Sequence record: NC_100331.1
Strand: one strand, 5' to 3'
DNA length: 64,000 nucleotides
Source: Escherichia phage vB_EcoS_HASG4
Shown: positions 10,401 through 20,543 of the stretch, piece by piece
How positions within the stretch are numbered: position 1 is the first letter of the stretch
How the letters are laid out: each line of letters starts with the position of its first letter
Position numbers and translations under genes: made by a program
The notes under the pieces: generated by a model
What the model was told of the DNA's origin: nothing
Seen by the model: the letters and a program-made list of their open reading frames with translations, nothing else
The model's database searches: none

Positions 10401-10936
10401 AGTAATTTCTGGAAATGTGTTTTCAAAAAATGTCTCCTAGAAATAACCGCCCTCCCTATAACCGCCCTGTATAGGAAAACCGGCCTAGGATATGTAACGT
10501 TAGAGAGAAACTGCCCTAGAATGTGAGAGTTTTCCCAGAAACTTAGGAGTCTAGAAGAAAGTATTGTGCCATCCTAGCAGATGAGCGGCAACAGGTGTAT
10601 CATCTTGAATGTAAATTATGTGGTCAAAAGTTTTACTTTTATTTTAAATATAAGATCCCCCAGGGTTCTCATATAGAGCTTTGCCCCCGCCAGAAGGTCT
10701 CGTGGTGTTTCTAGCAATTTATATTAAATTACTTATTAACTTGTCCTGTCGCTCCGTATCCTCCGCTACAAGTTAGTAATTTTAAATTACTGAACCACCA
10801 CACCTTCTGTGTGGCAACTCTAAATGGTTAATTCTATTAACTCATAGAGTTATGATAACATACATTTAGCTATCTGTCAACGACAGTTTGTATTTGAGTC
10901 TCGGTACAGGTATTGTGCACCGAGACATGCAGAGTA

Positions 10937-11821
10937 CTATAATAATTCTTGGTATGCTTTTTGATATGCCTCAGTATCTGTAGGTGTATCTTTTGCTAAT
11001 GCAATTAGTTCATCCGTTATCTGAATATTCGTATTATAACGTTGGTGGAACTCGTCAGGAATTTCTAGATATCTATTTATGAACGCTGCAGCAAGCGGTG
11101 TAACTAACCCAATTTCTAGAGATAACTTAACTTGTTTCTCATAAATTAAATACTGAGAATCAGATGGGATTGGTGGGGTTACATCAATTTTTTCTGGTTC
11201 TTTTTCTGGAAGCAATGGATTGTTATACAATGCTTCATCTGGAAGTACAGATTTACGTTCCTTAAATATATAAGTTTCTAGATCAGATGCTTTAGATCCT
11301 GAGTAAACAGCGAAGATGCTAGCTTTACCTTGTGATGCCCTAACGGGCAAATAGTTAGTTGGGTAACTCTTTAATGCATCGTGAAATGGACTTCCTGAGT
11401 ATTTGTACGTATCCCCATAGAGATCATCAATATTCATTCTTTCATCTTCAAAGATATGGAAAGAGCTAAATGATGGAATGGTGAAGTATTCCATCTGTAA
11501 CCCATAAACTAAGAAACGATGTGCATATGCACTAATCTTTAAGACTGTAAATGCTTTCTCACCTTCTTTATAAGAATTGCCTTTAGAAGTAACTTGATAA
11601 CGCTTACAGAACATCTCTACTAAACGTTTCTCATTAATATTGAGTGAGGAATATAAACGTCCATTTAGCCCTAGAAGGGCATCAAACATAAATGCTAACT
11701 TATCTTTTTCTTCTTGAGACAGTTCTGGAAATGGTAATACTTTGGCATTAGGAACATTATTGTTCTCCTTAGGTTTTGTTTTACCCGCATTTTGTCTTAG
11801 TTTATCTTTAAAGTTATACAT
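10937..11821 (-). CDS. hypothetical protein
   Basis: 294 aa; RBS GGGAGATAATA. Confidence 0.6.
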   Translation of the reverse strand: MYNFKDKLRQNAGKTKPKENNNVPNAKVLPFPELSQEEKDKLAFMFDALLGLNGRLYSSLNINEKRLVEMFCKRYQVTSKGNSYKEGEKAFTVLKISAYAHRFLVYGLQMEYFTIPSFSSFHIFEDERMNIDDLYGDTYKYSGSPFHDALKSYPTNYLPVRASQGKASIFAVYSGSKASDLETYIFKERKSVLPDEALYNNPLLPEKEPEKIDVTPPIPSDSQYLIYEKQVKLSLEIGLVTPLAAAFINRYLEIPDEFHQRYNTNIQITDELIALAKDTPTDTEAYQKAYQELL

Positions 11822-11900
11822 TATTATCTCCCGTTTTTAAGGTCTGGATGACCTTCTTTTTATTTTAGAGCCTCCGTAGAGGCTCGTGTATTAGGAATTA

Positions 11901-12158
11901 TTAATCCTTTTTACTTTCGTTAATAACAGCCCCTAGTGCTTCAAGGATAGTATCATTTATACCCCCAGGCCTAAGATTATTAAAGTGAGTAACATAGATG
12001 GGGCTTCTAAAACCTTCAGTATCCACAGGTGCTACGCTTTTCATATCAGATTCAAAAGCTTCTTGGGTATGTTTCAACTGTACAGAAGGCCCATAATCTT
12101 CCCCAACTCGATAGGACTGATTAGACGACAGTGTACCACCACATGGAACATTGTGCAA
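11901..12158 (-). CDS. hypothetical protein
   Basis: 85 aa ORF. Confidence 0.4.
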   Translation of the reverse strand: MHNVPCGGTLSSNQSYRVGEDYGPSVQLKHTQEAFESDMKSVAPVDTEGFRSPIYVTHFNNLRPGGINDTILEALGAVINESKKD

Positions 12159-12209
12159 ATCCGACGTTATTTTAGGATTATTATTTAATAGTGCAATACC
12201 ACTTTTTGA

Positions 12210-12506
12210 CTATGGATCACTAACAGTGGTACTGGGGCGGTTCACTTCAGTCTTCATGAGTTTATAGCCAGCATCTATTAATGCGTTAATAAGGTTATCC
12301 GCTGGGATGCGAGCGTTGCCAAAAATCTTACGAGCGTTGTTGAGCCTACCTTCAAAATCTTTACATGCTTTAATATTAGTGTGTGCAAAGGTTAGCTTCA
12401 TAGATTTGAATTGTACAGTAGCAGTTAAATCTTTAAAGCTATAATCCCACGTATTCAGTTCATGATCTGGTACTACTTGAATAGACTGTTGTGCATATAA
12501 AGTCAT
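12210..12506 (-). CDS. hypothetical protein
   Basis: 98 aa. Confidence 0.5.
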   Translation of the reverse strand: MTLYAQQSIQVVPDHELNTWDYSFKDLTATVQFKSMKLTFAHTNIKACKDFEGRLNNARKIFGNARIPADNLINALIDAGYKLMKTEVNRPSTTVSDP

Positions 12507-12691
12507 TATTTATTCTCCAGTTTGTCTAACAGCTTATGAGCTGCTAGATTATATTGTTTAAGTTCACGATTAAGAATTTGGTTCTCACACTTTAACTCTA
12601 AATTCTTATTATTAAGAATATTGCAGACTAGTAGAAGTGCTAGTATAACTAGTAGGGAACCTACAAGCATTAAAAGAAAAAGAGTTTCCAT
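12506..12691 (-). CDS. small membrane/coiled-coil protein
   Basis: 61 aa, N-terminal hydrophobic helix. Confidence 0.45.
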   Translation of the reverse strand: METLFLLMLVGSLLVILALLLVCNILNNKNLELKCENQILNRELKQYNLAAHKLLDKLENK

Positions 12692-13131
12692 TATTTAATC
12701 TCCATTCTTAGCTTTGAAAACTTATTATACCAAACTATATGATTATCGTCAATTACAAATTTATGGTAACATGCTGGTACGGTATAAGTTCCATAATCCG
12801 TGACGCGCTGCACAACCTTGTGTGCACACAGTCGACAACCATGCCCTTCTAAATGAGATCTAGCAGTCTGCCAGTAATAACCATCATGATCTGGACAATA
12901 AATCTCGACTTGCTGCTGCATTGTTTTATAATTTACACGCTCATATCCGAAGAAAGCCCCGTGAGCTGCAACGGCTTTCTTGATAAATATAAGGTTTAGT
13001 GCTTCTTGCTGGAAGTCGGGATGTAGCTGCTTAATCTTAGTTCTATTAATAGATCCATCCGATTTAATGAACCTATTTATTGGAAAGTTGTTAGCTTCCT
13101 CGATTAATAATTCATTTACTTTCTCTCTCAT
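12691..13131 (-). CDS. Cys/His-rich hypothetical protein
   Basis: ORF 12691-13233 trimmed to ATG abutting upstream stop; CPDHDG..HGCRLCAH. Confidence 0.5.
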   Translation of the reverse strand: MREKVNELLIEEANNFPINRFIKSDGSINRTKIKQLHPDFQQEALNLIFIKKAVAAHGAFFGYERVNYKTMQQQVEIYCPDHDGYYWQTARSHLEGHGCRLCAHKVVQRVTDYGTYTVPACYHKFVIDDNHIVWYNKFSKLRMEIK

Positions 13132-13132
13132 A

Positions 13133-13411
13133 TTAAATAGTCTCACAGTTAAGGTAGAAACATTCGTAAGCATCTCCAGTAAACTCTTTATCTTGTAGTA
13201 AACACTTAGCTTGGTCTTCCGGTACTCCAGCATCTAATAATTGTTGTTTACTTGGCTTTTCAGCGAATACTTTTACAAAATACTCACCATCCTGATTATA
13301 CTCATTTATATCTCTGGTAAGGACATATACTTGCATTTGAAGTTCCTTGAAAACATAAAAGGCCAGAACAATTAAGTCCTGGCCTCTAGAATTAGTGAAG
13401 TTGTTTACCAC
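13133..13411 (-). CDS. hypothetical protein
   Basis: 92 aa. Confidence 0.5.
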   Translation of the reverse strand: MVNNFTNSRGQDLIVLAFYVFKELQMQVYVLTRDINEYNQDGEYFVKVFAEKPSKQQLLDAGVPEDQAKCLLQDKEFTGDAYECFYLNCETI

Positions 13412-13763
13412 TTCGTAACATAGTGGCCGTTTCCATAAGACCTAGCGTAGTATCACGCTTATTGATCTGTTTACCAAGTTCATCGGTACGTTTACCAATG
13501 TAAGCGTTAATAGCCATATTCATAGCTGAGGCGAGATCTTCTTTGGTTATCTCTTCGTCATCTAAGGCTAATTTAGCCAAAGAATCAAATGTGCTAGAGA
13601 GTCCTATAAGATCGGAGGTTTCTTTGGCCAAAATAGGATTAATATTATCTACTGTTACTTCTAGCATGGAGTTAACAATATCTTCTCCGTCTACTAGACC
13701 AGATTCAATATTACTCTCCCACTCCTTCATCTGCTCCAATAATGGATTTTTCTTTTCTGTCAT
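13392..13763 (-). CDS. hypothetical acidic protein
   Basis: start moved to internal ATG with GAGGA RBS. Confidence 0.5.
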   Translation of the reverse strand: MTEKKNPLLEQMKEWESNIESGLVDGEDIVNSMLEVTVDNINPILAKETSDLIGLSSTFDSLAKLALDDEEITKEDLASAMNMAINAYIGKRTDELGKQINKRDTTLGLMETATMLRSGKQLH

Positions 13764-14172
13764 GGTAGAGGTTTCCTCTGTCAGTTGGTAAGAAGGATGA
13801 TTGAGCTTTAGGCGGATGTTGTTTAGCAATCCAGTTAAGAATCAGTACACGACTAGGAACAATATCAGTGTTGTACCAGAAATCATGGACCCATTGACGA
13901 GCATCCTCAAACTTACCAAATTTATATGCTTTCTTAAATAATTCAAACCCAAAACAATCTGGTGTAAAGTCTACTTCACGATATTGAACTACTTTAGAAC
14001 CAGTTAGGTCTTGGATCGCTGCATTAATTTCTGTATGCGAGAATTTTGTTTCGTGAAACTTATTAAAGAATCGGTAGTTGAAGCGTCCGTTCGTTTCGAC
14101 AAACAACTGGATGAAGAGATCATTAAATTGGTTATCAAACCAGTAATTCTGTAGTTGTTGTAGTGCTGTCAT
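13711..14172 (-). CDS. hypothetical protein
   Basis: 153 aa. Confidence 0.5.
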   Translation of the reverse strand: MTALQQLQNYWFDNQFNDLFIQLFVETNGRFNYRFFNKFHETKFSHTEINAAIQDLTGSKVVQYREVDFTPDCFGFELFKKAYKFGKFEDARQWVHDFWYNTDIVPSRVLILNWIAKQHPPKAQSSFLPTDRGNLYHDRKEKSIIGADEGVGE

Positions 14173-14369
14173 TTACGAACTCCGTTAATTGCCACGATGA
14201 TGCCTTCGTACATAAAAGGAAGTAGTCCAGAAGTGTAGAAGATATTTTCCGTTATTCCTAGATGTTGAAAAAGTATATTAAATAATGCTGTTAGAAATAC
14301 AATCTGAGGCAGTAATACAAAATACTCAGTTACAATCTTTGGTGCCTGATAAACAAGACGTTTTATCAT
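14169..14369 (-). CDS. small membrane protein
   Basis: 66 aa hydrophobic. Confidence 0.4.
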   Translation of the reverse strand: MIKRLVYQAPKIVTEYFVLLPQIVFLTALFNILFQHLGITENIFYTSGLLPFMYEGIIVAINGVRK

Positions 14370-14468
14370 TGTTTTTAAGTCTCCTTATTACTTTGGCCTG
14401 CTCCACAATAATGAAAACTGCGAGCACTAATAGTGCTATTAGCCCCGCAGTAATTGGTACTAAATCAA

Positions 14469-14795
14469 TCATGGGAGACGCCATACGTAATTAGCTGTCT
14501 GTAGAACCTTAGGTGTGTCATCACGATACATTACTACAGACTTTGGTGAATAACTATCAGCTAGCTCTTTACGAATCATCTTACATTCTTCACCAGTATC
14601 AATATTTTTAACTATCACTTTCATATTAAGTGGTGTTAATACAGAAAGTGGTTTCCAAGAATCCTCAATTTCAATTCCTACCTTTTTCTCGATTAACATG
14701 AGAACTTCTAGCGTATCATCTGGAATGCTAATATTATTATTCACAAACTGTAGTATCTCATGTAAGGTATTTAATTCATTAAAATTAAGCTTCAT
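14469..14795 (-). CDS. hypothetical protein
   Basis: 108 aa. Confidence 0.5.
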   Translation of the reverse strand: MKLNFNELNTLHEILQFVNNNISIPDDTLEVLMLIEKKVGIEIEDSWKPLSVLTPLNMKVIVKNIDTGEECKMIRKELADSYSPKSVVMYRDDTPKVLQTANYVWRLP

Positions 14796-15030
14796 CTTTA
14801 AGAATATCCTCTACCATATCACAAGACTGTTGCAATTCATCAGCAATGCGCTTAACATCTGTTTTTGTTACTTTACCTATTAACATCACCAGTAACATAG
14901 AAAGTATAATAAGTGGAACTGGGATAACAAACAGTGCTACCTTACCTACATTCTTTGGCGTCCATGTGTGGTACTTGGTAACCAGTACACCAACCACAAT
15001 TAGATAAAACGCTAGAATAAACATCATCAT
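14785..15030 (-). CDS. membrane protein
   Basis: 81 aa, two TM-like segments. Confidence 0.5.
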   Translation of the reverse strand: MMMFILAFYLIVVGVLVTKYHTWTPKNVGKVALFVIPVPLIILSMLLVMLIGKVTKTDVKRIADELQQSCDMVEDILKDEA

Positions 15031-15308
15031 TTTTTAATCTCCGTAATTATCTGTGCACGCATTACTTTATTAGGTAATTTTGTATTCCCAGCTATTGCTT
15101 CAATATTATTTAGTTTTTCTTTTAGAATATCTGAGCGTCTCTGTGCTAATTCAATATCTTGCTCTTGCTCTAGCAAACGGTGGTGTAGTCCATCATTAGT
15201 AATAAGCATATTTTCCATGCTTTTTCGTGCATTCACAATCCCAATAACTCCGCCAATCGCTACTAGTGTAGTAAGAACTAGTAACCCAATAAGAATTTCA
15301 ATCAACAT
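15027..15308 (-). CDS. membrane-anchored coiled-coil protein
   Basis: 93 aa, N-terminal TM. Confidence 0.5.
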   Translation of the reverse strand: MLIEILIGLLVLTTLVAIGGVIGIVNARKSMENMLITNDGLHHRLLEQEQDIELAQRRSDILKEKLNNIEAIAGNTKLPNKVMRAQIITEIKK

Positions 15309-15330
15309 TAATTATATACTCCCTTAGTCC

Positions 15331-15600
15331 TTATTTCTTACCTTTCAGTTGCTTAACTTCACGCTCAAAAGATGCTGCACGACGTTCGGCAGTCGCTTGA
15401 TGCTCTTTAGCAAAACGAGCTTCCTGTTTTGCAAGGTTGAACGCCATAGCATTCTTATTCAGAGAATCATACATCTTTTTCATTGCCGGAATAGACATCT
15501 TCATGAGCTGGCCCTCAAAACCCTGCATATCGAGGAGAATTGCCAGAACGTTAGCCATTTCATTTTTAGTCATGTTTTCCATTAGAATTTCCTCTCTCAT
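15331..15600 (-). CDS. hypothetical protein
   Basis: 89 aa; promoter cassette upstream. Confidence 0.5.
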   Translation of the reverse strand: MREEILMENMTKNEMANVLAILLDMQGFEGQLMKMSIPAMKKMYDSLNKNAMAFNLAKQEARFAKEHQATAERRAASFEREVKQLKGKK

Positions 15601-15660
15601 TAATTTATGGACTTATTATACAGAATTTTAAGGCTTAAAGCAACTGAATTTTTTAATTAC

Positions 15661-16092
15661 TTACCAATCGTTAACAACACCAGAGAACTCAGAAGCAAAA
15701 ACTTTCTCAAATTTTTCTGCAATTTCAGGATGATCTTTACAGATTAACTCAATACATGCTTCTGGAGCCATTCCTTCGTCTTCAGGATCACCATAATACT
15801 TGTCCCAAAGATCATCAGGGATGATGTGCTCCGCCAAATCTTGGAAAGAGATTAGCTGATAACGTTCTGCTTCATCGGGGATAAGGATTTCACAAAGATC
15901 TTTATCTATATCACTGCGGTAATCAGCAATTAGCAAGGCATTGCAAGCATGACATTCCCAAACCATCAATCGTTCAGAGATAGGATTAGACTTATCCTGA
16001 ACGTAGGACTGAAACAGGGTTCGGAAAGTAGCTTTAACTTGTTCAAACTTATCTGCTGCTGCAAAAACTAGAGCTTTATCAACTTTGTTCAT
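15661..16092 (-). CDS. hypothetical acidic protein
   Basis: 143 aa; promoter cassette at 16108-16132. Confidence 0.55.
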   Translation of the reverse strand: MNKVDKALVFAAADKFEQVKATFRTLFQSYVQDKSNPISERLMVWECHACNALLIADYRSDIDKDLCEILIPDEAERYQLISFQDLAEHIIPDDLWDKYYGDPEDEGMAPEACIELICKDHPEIAEKFEKVFASEFSGVVNDW

Positions 16093-16107
16093 TTTTACTC
16101 CTTCTCA

Positions 16108-16132
16108 TCAATTTATAAAGTAATTATACAGA
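16108..16132 (-). promoter_or_regulatory. conserved early promoter-leader cassette (example)
   Basis: plus-strand atttataaagtaattatacag; gene orientation TGTATAAT...TTTATAAAT then RBS. Confidence 0.6.
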
Positions 16133-16259
16133 AACTTAGGCATTTTAGCAAATAAAACTTTTAATTAAAATGCCTAATCCTGTACCAATAGTAATACAAA
16201 TGATTATAAGTATTGCTATCGCTTGTATGATTCGTTTAATAATAGCCTCGGCTATATAC

Positions 16260-16853
16260 TTATACATTTATATCGCCACGTAATACAGCAGCTACATCTT
16301 CCCCTATTTGTAATACTTCGCCGGTAGTACAATTAACTACTCTATCATAACTAGTAAACTTACCAGACACAATATCCTCTAGCGGAATTGGAGTTTTACT
16401 CAATTCAAATGAGACATTAATATAACGTGGATCACGTAGGGAAGTAGTATGTACATGTCCGTGAATATTTAGTTTGCCACGAAGTTCATTGGGATGCAAA
16501 GGGCAGTGAGATAGCCAAAACTTTTTGCCACCTCCAGTCTGTTTGCCTAGAGCTTGAATATCGTCATAAACTTCCGCTAAGTCCCTAATACTCAGCCCTT
16601 GACGCTCCGCATCATGATTACCCATAATGAGTTGATTAGGGACATTGTGGATAACCGACTTTAATTTGGCCAGACCTTCACGACCTACTGCAATATCTCC
16701 TAGCAAAATAAGTTTTGTTCGTTTACCAATATGCTTGGACAAAGTATCTAGAATATACTCATCGTGCTCTTTCATGTTCTTAAACCACGGACGGAAACGT
16801 AGTGCTCCAGGGTGGTCTAAGTGCAAGTCTGACCAGAATTTAACCTTCATCAC
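16260..16853 (-). CDS. metallophosphoesterase
   Basis: 197 aa; DLHLD, GDIA, GNHD, GHVH motifs. Confidence 0.75.
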   Translation of the reverse strand: MMKVKFWSDLHLDHPGALRFRPWFKNMKEHDEYILDTLSKHIGKRTKLILLGDIAVGREGLAKLKSVIHNVPNQLIMGNHDAERQGLSIRDLAEVYDDIQALGKQTGGGKKFWLSHCPLHPNELRGKLNIHGHVHTTSLRDPRYINVSFELSKTPIPLEDIVSGKFTSYDRVVNCTTGEVLQIGEDVAAVLRGDINV

Positions 16854-17137
16854 TTACTCCTTTTTTGTATTAAATTATCAACCCAGGTAGTTAATACTCT
16901 AGTTTTAAACTCCTCGGGAGTCTCCCCTTCCTTAAGGTCTACCTCATTAAGATAGGTAGTAAGCCTTGTTTCTATTTCTATTTCAGCAGGAGAATTAAAA
17001 TAAAAATTGACTGCTATTCCAGAATATATTACTCCGGTATCTCCTTTGACGAAAGCATTAACTAATGCCCTCCAACGAAGGGCATCAATACGCATTGCTC
17101 GTAATTCTTCTTGTACTTCTTTCATTCTATCATTCAT
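16850..17137 (-). CDS. hypothetical protein
   Basis: 95 aa. Confidence 0.5.
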   Translation of the reverse strand: MNDRMKEVQEELRAMRIDALRWRALVNAFVKGDTGVIYSGIAVNFYFNSPAEIEIETRLTTYLNEVDLKEGETPEEFKTRVLTTWVDNLIQKRSK

Positions 17138-18012
17138 TAAAGGATCCTCTGTACACCGCAGCTATCATTTTTGTCTGTGGTAAATGTGGTGATTTTGCCA
17201 GTTTCATCGTTAACCTGCGCAACCGTCAACTGCCCGTTGAAAACACCGCCAGTATCTAGGTAAACACGGTTCTGGTATAAAATCGGGTAAGGTACTCCGG
17301 TATGCCCATGAAATACAAAGTCCACTCCATTAACCGGAGGTACTTCTACCATGTATTTTTCTTTAAATCCTGCATAACGCTGGAAATAGGGGTGTTCCTC
17401 ACCATTTTTAGACAAGTGGAAGCCTATTTCTTGGATTACATCTCGATCCCATAAATATGGTTCAACATGGTATCCAGGATGGTCATGTGAGTCTTCCTTA
17501 GCTGCTTCTACGTGTGCAATAAGGTTATCCCATACTGGGGTTTCTACTTCGTTACCACATTCTTTGTACGTGAATGGTACACCACCATGAACAACACCAT
17601 ACTTTTTGCCACGATGCAGCACAGTCAGAAATACTGGAAGTTTTTCAGCCATGTCTTCGGCAATATTTTTAATGGTATCTGCATCTAGTTCATTCATAGC
17701 CCACATACCACCGTTATACATCCAGTTAGCCCAATCTCCTACAATCATAAATTGGTCATGATTACCACGTACACTGATAAAGCGTGGATTGTATAAGAAT
17801 TTGGCTAAAACTTGTAGGTTCTGCGTGCCTCGATCAATTAAATCTCCCACGCATACAACGCAATCTTTCTTACCGTTATAGCCAGCTAATTGTAGTGCAT
17901 CTTCTAGCAAATCGTTGCATCCATGAATATCACCAACAAAGAATAAGTTAACATCATCAGGTACTACTAGTGTTTTATGTACATTAAATTCTTTTTTCAT
18001 AATTATTCCCAA
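17137..18012 (-). CDS. Ser/Thr protein phosphatase (PPP family)
   Basis: 291 aa; GDIHG, GDLIDRG, GNHD, HGG motifs. Confidence 0.8.
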   Translation of the reverse strand: MGIIMKKEFNVHKTLVVPDDVNLFFVGDIHGCNDLLEDALQLAGYNGKKDCVVCVGDLIDRGTQNLQVLAKFLYNPRFISVRGNHDQFMIVGDWANWMYNGGMWAMNELDADTIKNIAEDMAEKLPVFLTVLHRGKKYGVVHGGVPFTYKECGNEVETPVWDNLIAHVEAAKEDSHDHPGYHVEPYLWDRDVIQEIGFHLSKNGEEHPYFQRYAGFKEKYMVEVPPVNGVDFVFHGHTGVPYPILYQNRVYLDTGGVFNGQLTVAQVNDETGKITTFTTDKNDSCGVQRIL

Positions 18013-18248
18013 ATAACATTTAAAATAGTTGTACCATAGTTATTCGATAGTTTGAGAGTATAACCCTCTTTATTGAGGGCTTTTATAGCTTCATAACTAA
18101 TTTCGTCACGATTAAGCTGTACAAAGGAATCTCCAATCTCGACAGAAGATACTATCCTCCGCTTAACCCATCTATACGTTTTCTTTCGGCTCTTAAGGGA
18201 CGCGGCTCTATTTATCCTAGCTAAACGTTTTGCTTGCTCTGCTAACAT
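18003..18248 (-). CDS. hypothetical protein
   Basis: 81 aa. Confidence 0.45.
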   Translation of the reverse strand: MLAEQAKRLARINRAASLKSRKKTYRWVKRRIVSSVEIGDSFVQLNRDEISYEAIKALNKEGYTLKLSNNYGTTILNVIWE

Positions 18249-18345
18249 TTAATCCTCCTATCAATCTATACAAATATTATACCAAAATTTTTAGCAAAAA
18301 GCAAGTAAAATAAAAGCCTGATCCGCTAAGATCAGGCTTGGTTTA

Positions 18346-18663
18346 TTAATCCTCTGGATTATCATCCAGGAAATTTTTAATGGCTTCGTGCATGGTTTCT
18401 TTACGAAGCTGACGTCCAATCAAAATATGATTAGCTTCTACTCGACCATTAGGTAATCGATCCGCCAGAACTACTACAGGAACTTGGCGTACACCAAATT
18501 TCTGCATTAATTCTGTATTATCAGTCTCTTTATGGATTTCCAAATTATAGTCATTGACTACTTTATCAAATACTGGTTCGAAAAGTTTACACGGGTTACA
18601 AGTGGAACCTTTTAATAGATAGACTAATTTAGACATTTTTATTTCCTTTGCTGGCAAACTCAC
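18346..18663 (-). CDS. thioredoxin/glutaredoxin-like protein
   Basis: 105 aa; CNPC redox motif near N-terminus. Confidence 0.6.
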   Translation of the reverse strand: MSLPAKEIKMSKLVYLLKGSTCNPCKLFEPVFDKVVNDYNLEIHKETDNTELMQKFGVRQVPVVVLADRLPNGRVEANHILIGRQLRKETMHEAIKNFLDDNPED

Positions 18664-19135
18664 CGTGGAGTTCTTCTAGTTTTTCATCTCTCCATGCAAT
18701 TGCTTCTTCCAAAGAACTGCACGTTTTCATATAATTGATTCCTGCCCTAGAGATTTTTACTCTAAAAGACTTCCCTCTTTGAGATATATTTTTTAATCCC
18801 AATAGGTTATTTTTATTAGCCGATTTCCTATTAAAAGCATTTTGAGCTTTTGTAGCTTCTCTTAAGTTACCAATACGATTGTTTAGCGTATTGGTATCAT
18901 CATGATCTACTATATCAGGTAAATAGCCTTTGTGCATAAAGAAGATTGCTCTATGCGCAAGTATTCGTTCTCCATCAATAGAGAGCATTAGATAGCCATC
19001 AGCATTAATAGACCCAGCAGGCATATTGTTAAGGCTAGTATTCCAACCTCTTGTACCTTCCGGTCTAGGTTTCCAGGTTAGAGTACCATCTTCGTGGTAC
19101 TCTAGTACCTCTAATAATCTCTCCCTAGTAATCAC
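18629..19135 (-). CDS. HNH homing endonuclease with AP2-like domain
   Basis: 168 aa; HNH-type histidine/asparagine motif and AP2-like C-terminus. Confidence 0.7.
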   Translation of the reverse strand: MITRERLLEVLEYHEDGTLTWKPRPEGTRGWNTSLNNMPAGSINADGYLMLSIDGERILAHRAIFFMHKGYLPDIVDHDDTNTLNNRIGNLREATKAQNAFNRKSANKNNLLGLKNISQRGKSFRVKISRAGINYMKTCSSLEEAIAWRDEKLEELHGEFASKGNKNV

Positions 19136-19560
19136 AATTTATTAATGGCCTCTAAGAAGTTTTTCATAGTTTTTACGGTTGCGGTGCTCAGATCAAGATT
19201 TACACCCAAGCACTCGGTTAATGCTTCCTGATAAGGAGCCTTTAATCTGCCTTCCGGGACTTCTACCTTCTTATATTCTTTATTTTTGACCTTTTTAATC
19301 ATAGTCTCTAGTACAAGAAGTGGTAATTTAGCACCTTCAATATCAGTACCCAAAAGTTCAGTTAAAATTTTATTAAGATCAAGACGAGTTAACTTTTTGC
19401 CTTTAGACATAGGAGCACCTACCTTTGTATCAATAGATTTTTCCGCTTTCTTTTCGAGCTTTTTGTACTCAGGAGAGTCATGATCGCGGAGTGCAATGTT
19501 TAGCTCGTAATGTGGTATACGAAAATGTTCCGCCATTTGAGTGTAGAAACGATCAGACAT
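19132..19560 (-). CDS. hypothetical protein
   Basis: 142 aa. Confidence 0.5.
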   Translation of the reverse strand: MSDRFYTQMAEHFRIPHYELNIALRDHDSPEYKKLEKKAEKSIDTKVGAPMSKGKKLTRLDLNKILTELLGTDIEGAKLPLLVLETMIKKVKNKEYKKVEVPEGRLKAPYQEALTECLGVNLDLSTATVKTMKNFLEAINKL

Positions 19561-19635
19561 AATATATACCTCTCTTAACTAATTTATGTATATATTATAT
19601 AATAACTAGGGCTAAAAGTCAACTACTTTTTTATC

Positions 19636-20052
19636 TTAATCTACTGCATGTATAAATCTTTTCCTAACTAGATACATAGTTATTGGATAAATTGAGTACA
19701 TAAGTATCGGGGAGAAAAGGGTGAAATACGCTGTAACTCCCCCAGCTAACATCAAAGGTATTAATGCTAGAGTAAGGGCCATAAGAATCATACCGAATGA
19801 AACAGCCAAAGCTATGGATATAGGATTCTCTAGTTCCATCCATAACCAACAATATTTCGTATCTCTATGGCAATTGCATTTACAAACGCCGAATGAACCC
19901 ATAATTATATACTCTAGTCCGTGAATAACCTTTATTAATAAGCTATTTCGGGTAGTTAATGCAATGATAGTAAAGACTATCATTAAAACGAATACTACTA
20001 GACTTATTTTCCAGATACCTAGCAGCATCATAGTGAATAGTTCTGCAAACAT
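19636..20052 (-). CDS. integral membrane protein
   Basis: 138 aa, several TM segments. Confidence 0.5.
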   Translation of the reverse strand: MFAELFTMMLLGIWKISLVVFVLMIVFTIIALTTRNSLLIKVIHGLEYIIMGSFGVCKCNCHRDTKYCWLWMELENPISIALAVSFGMILMALTLALIPLMLAGGVTAYFTLFSPILMYSIYPITMYLVRKRFIHAVD

Positions 20053-20129
20053 GGCTTTCTCCTATCTTCAAAAATTATTAAAGCCCCCTTTGCCTAAAAA
20101 GGCGGGAATATTCCCGCCTCAGTTATTAA

Positions 20130-20543
20130 TTAAACTAGTTCGACATGACCGCCATCATAGGTACCACGTTTTATTTCATCGTGATAGTCTCCCGAAGCAT
20201 TCCAATCAGCACCAAAACGAAGTTTAATGCCTAGCTCTTTACCAGCTTGTTCAAAAGCCTTTTTAACTGCCCAAAATGCTTCTAAGTCATTCCAATCAAT
20301 TTTGCCATTAATATATGGAGCAAAATCAATAGCATCCCCAGTAATATGTTTGCTTTTACTAGGATCTTTTAGAAATGAAGTACCATTAGCAATATTCTGG
20401 GCACTTTGTGCTACTGTACGAATACCTTGCACGATTGTGAAATCATACGGAGATAGTTCTAAAGCCCTACGAGCTACTTTTTGTAGTTCGGGCTTAACGG
20501 TAGCTAATTGTTTTTCGCTATTTTTACCAAATTTAAAACTCAT
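20130..20543 (-). CDS. endolysin, M15 zinc peptidase (L-alanyl-D-glutamate peptidase type)
   Basis: 137 aa; H..D..H zinc motif (SKHITGDAID, DGGHVE); size matches T5 endolysin. Confidence 0.8.
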   Translation of the reverse strand: MSFKFGKNSEKQLATVKPELQKVARRALELSPYDFTIVQGIRTVAQSAQNIANGTSFLKDPSKSKHITGDAIDFAPYINGKIDWNDLEAFWAVKKAFEQAGKELGIKLRFGADWNASGDYHDEIKRGTYDGGHVELV

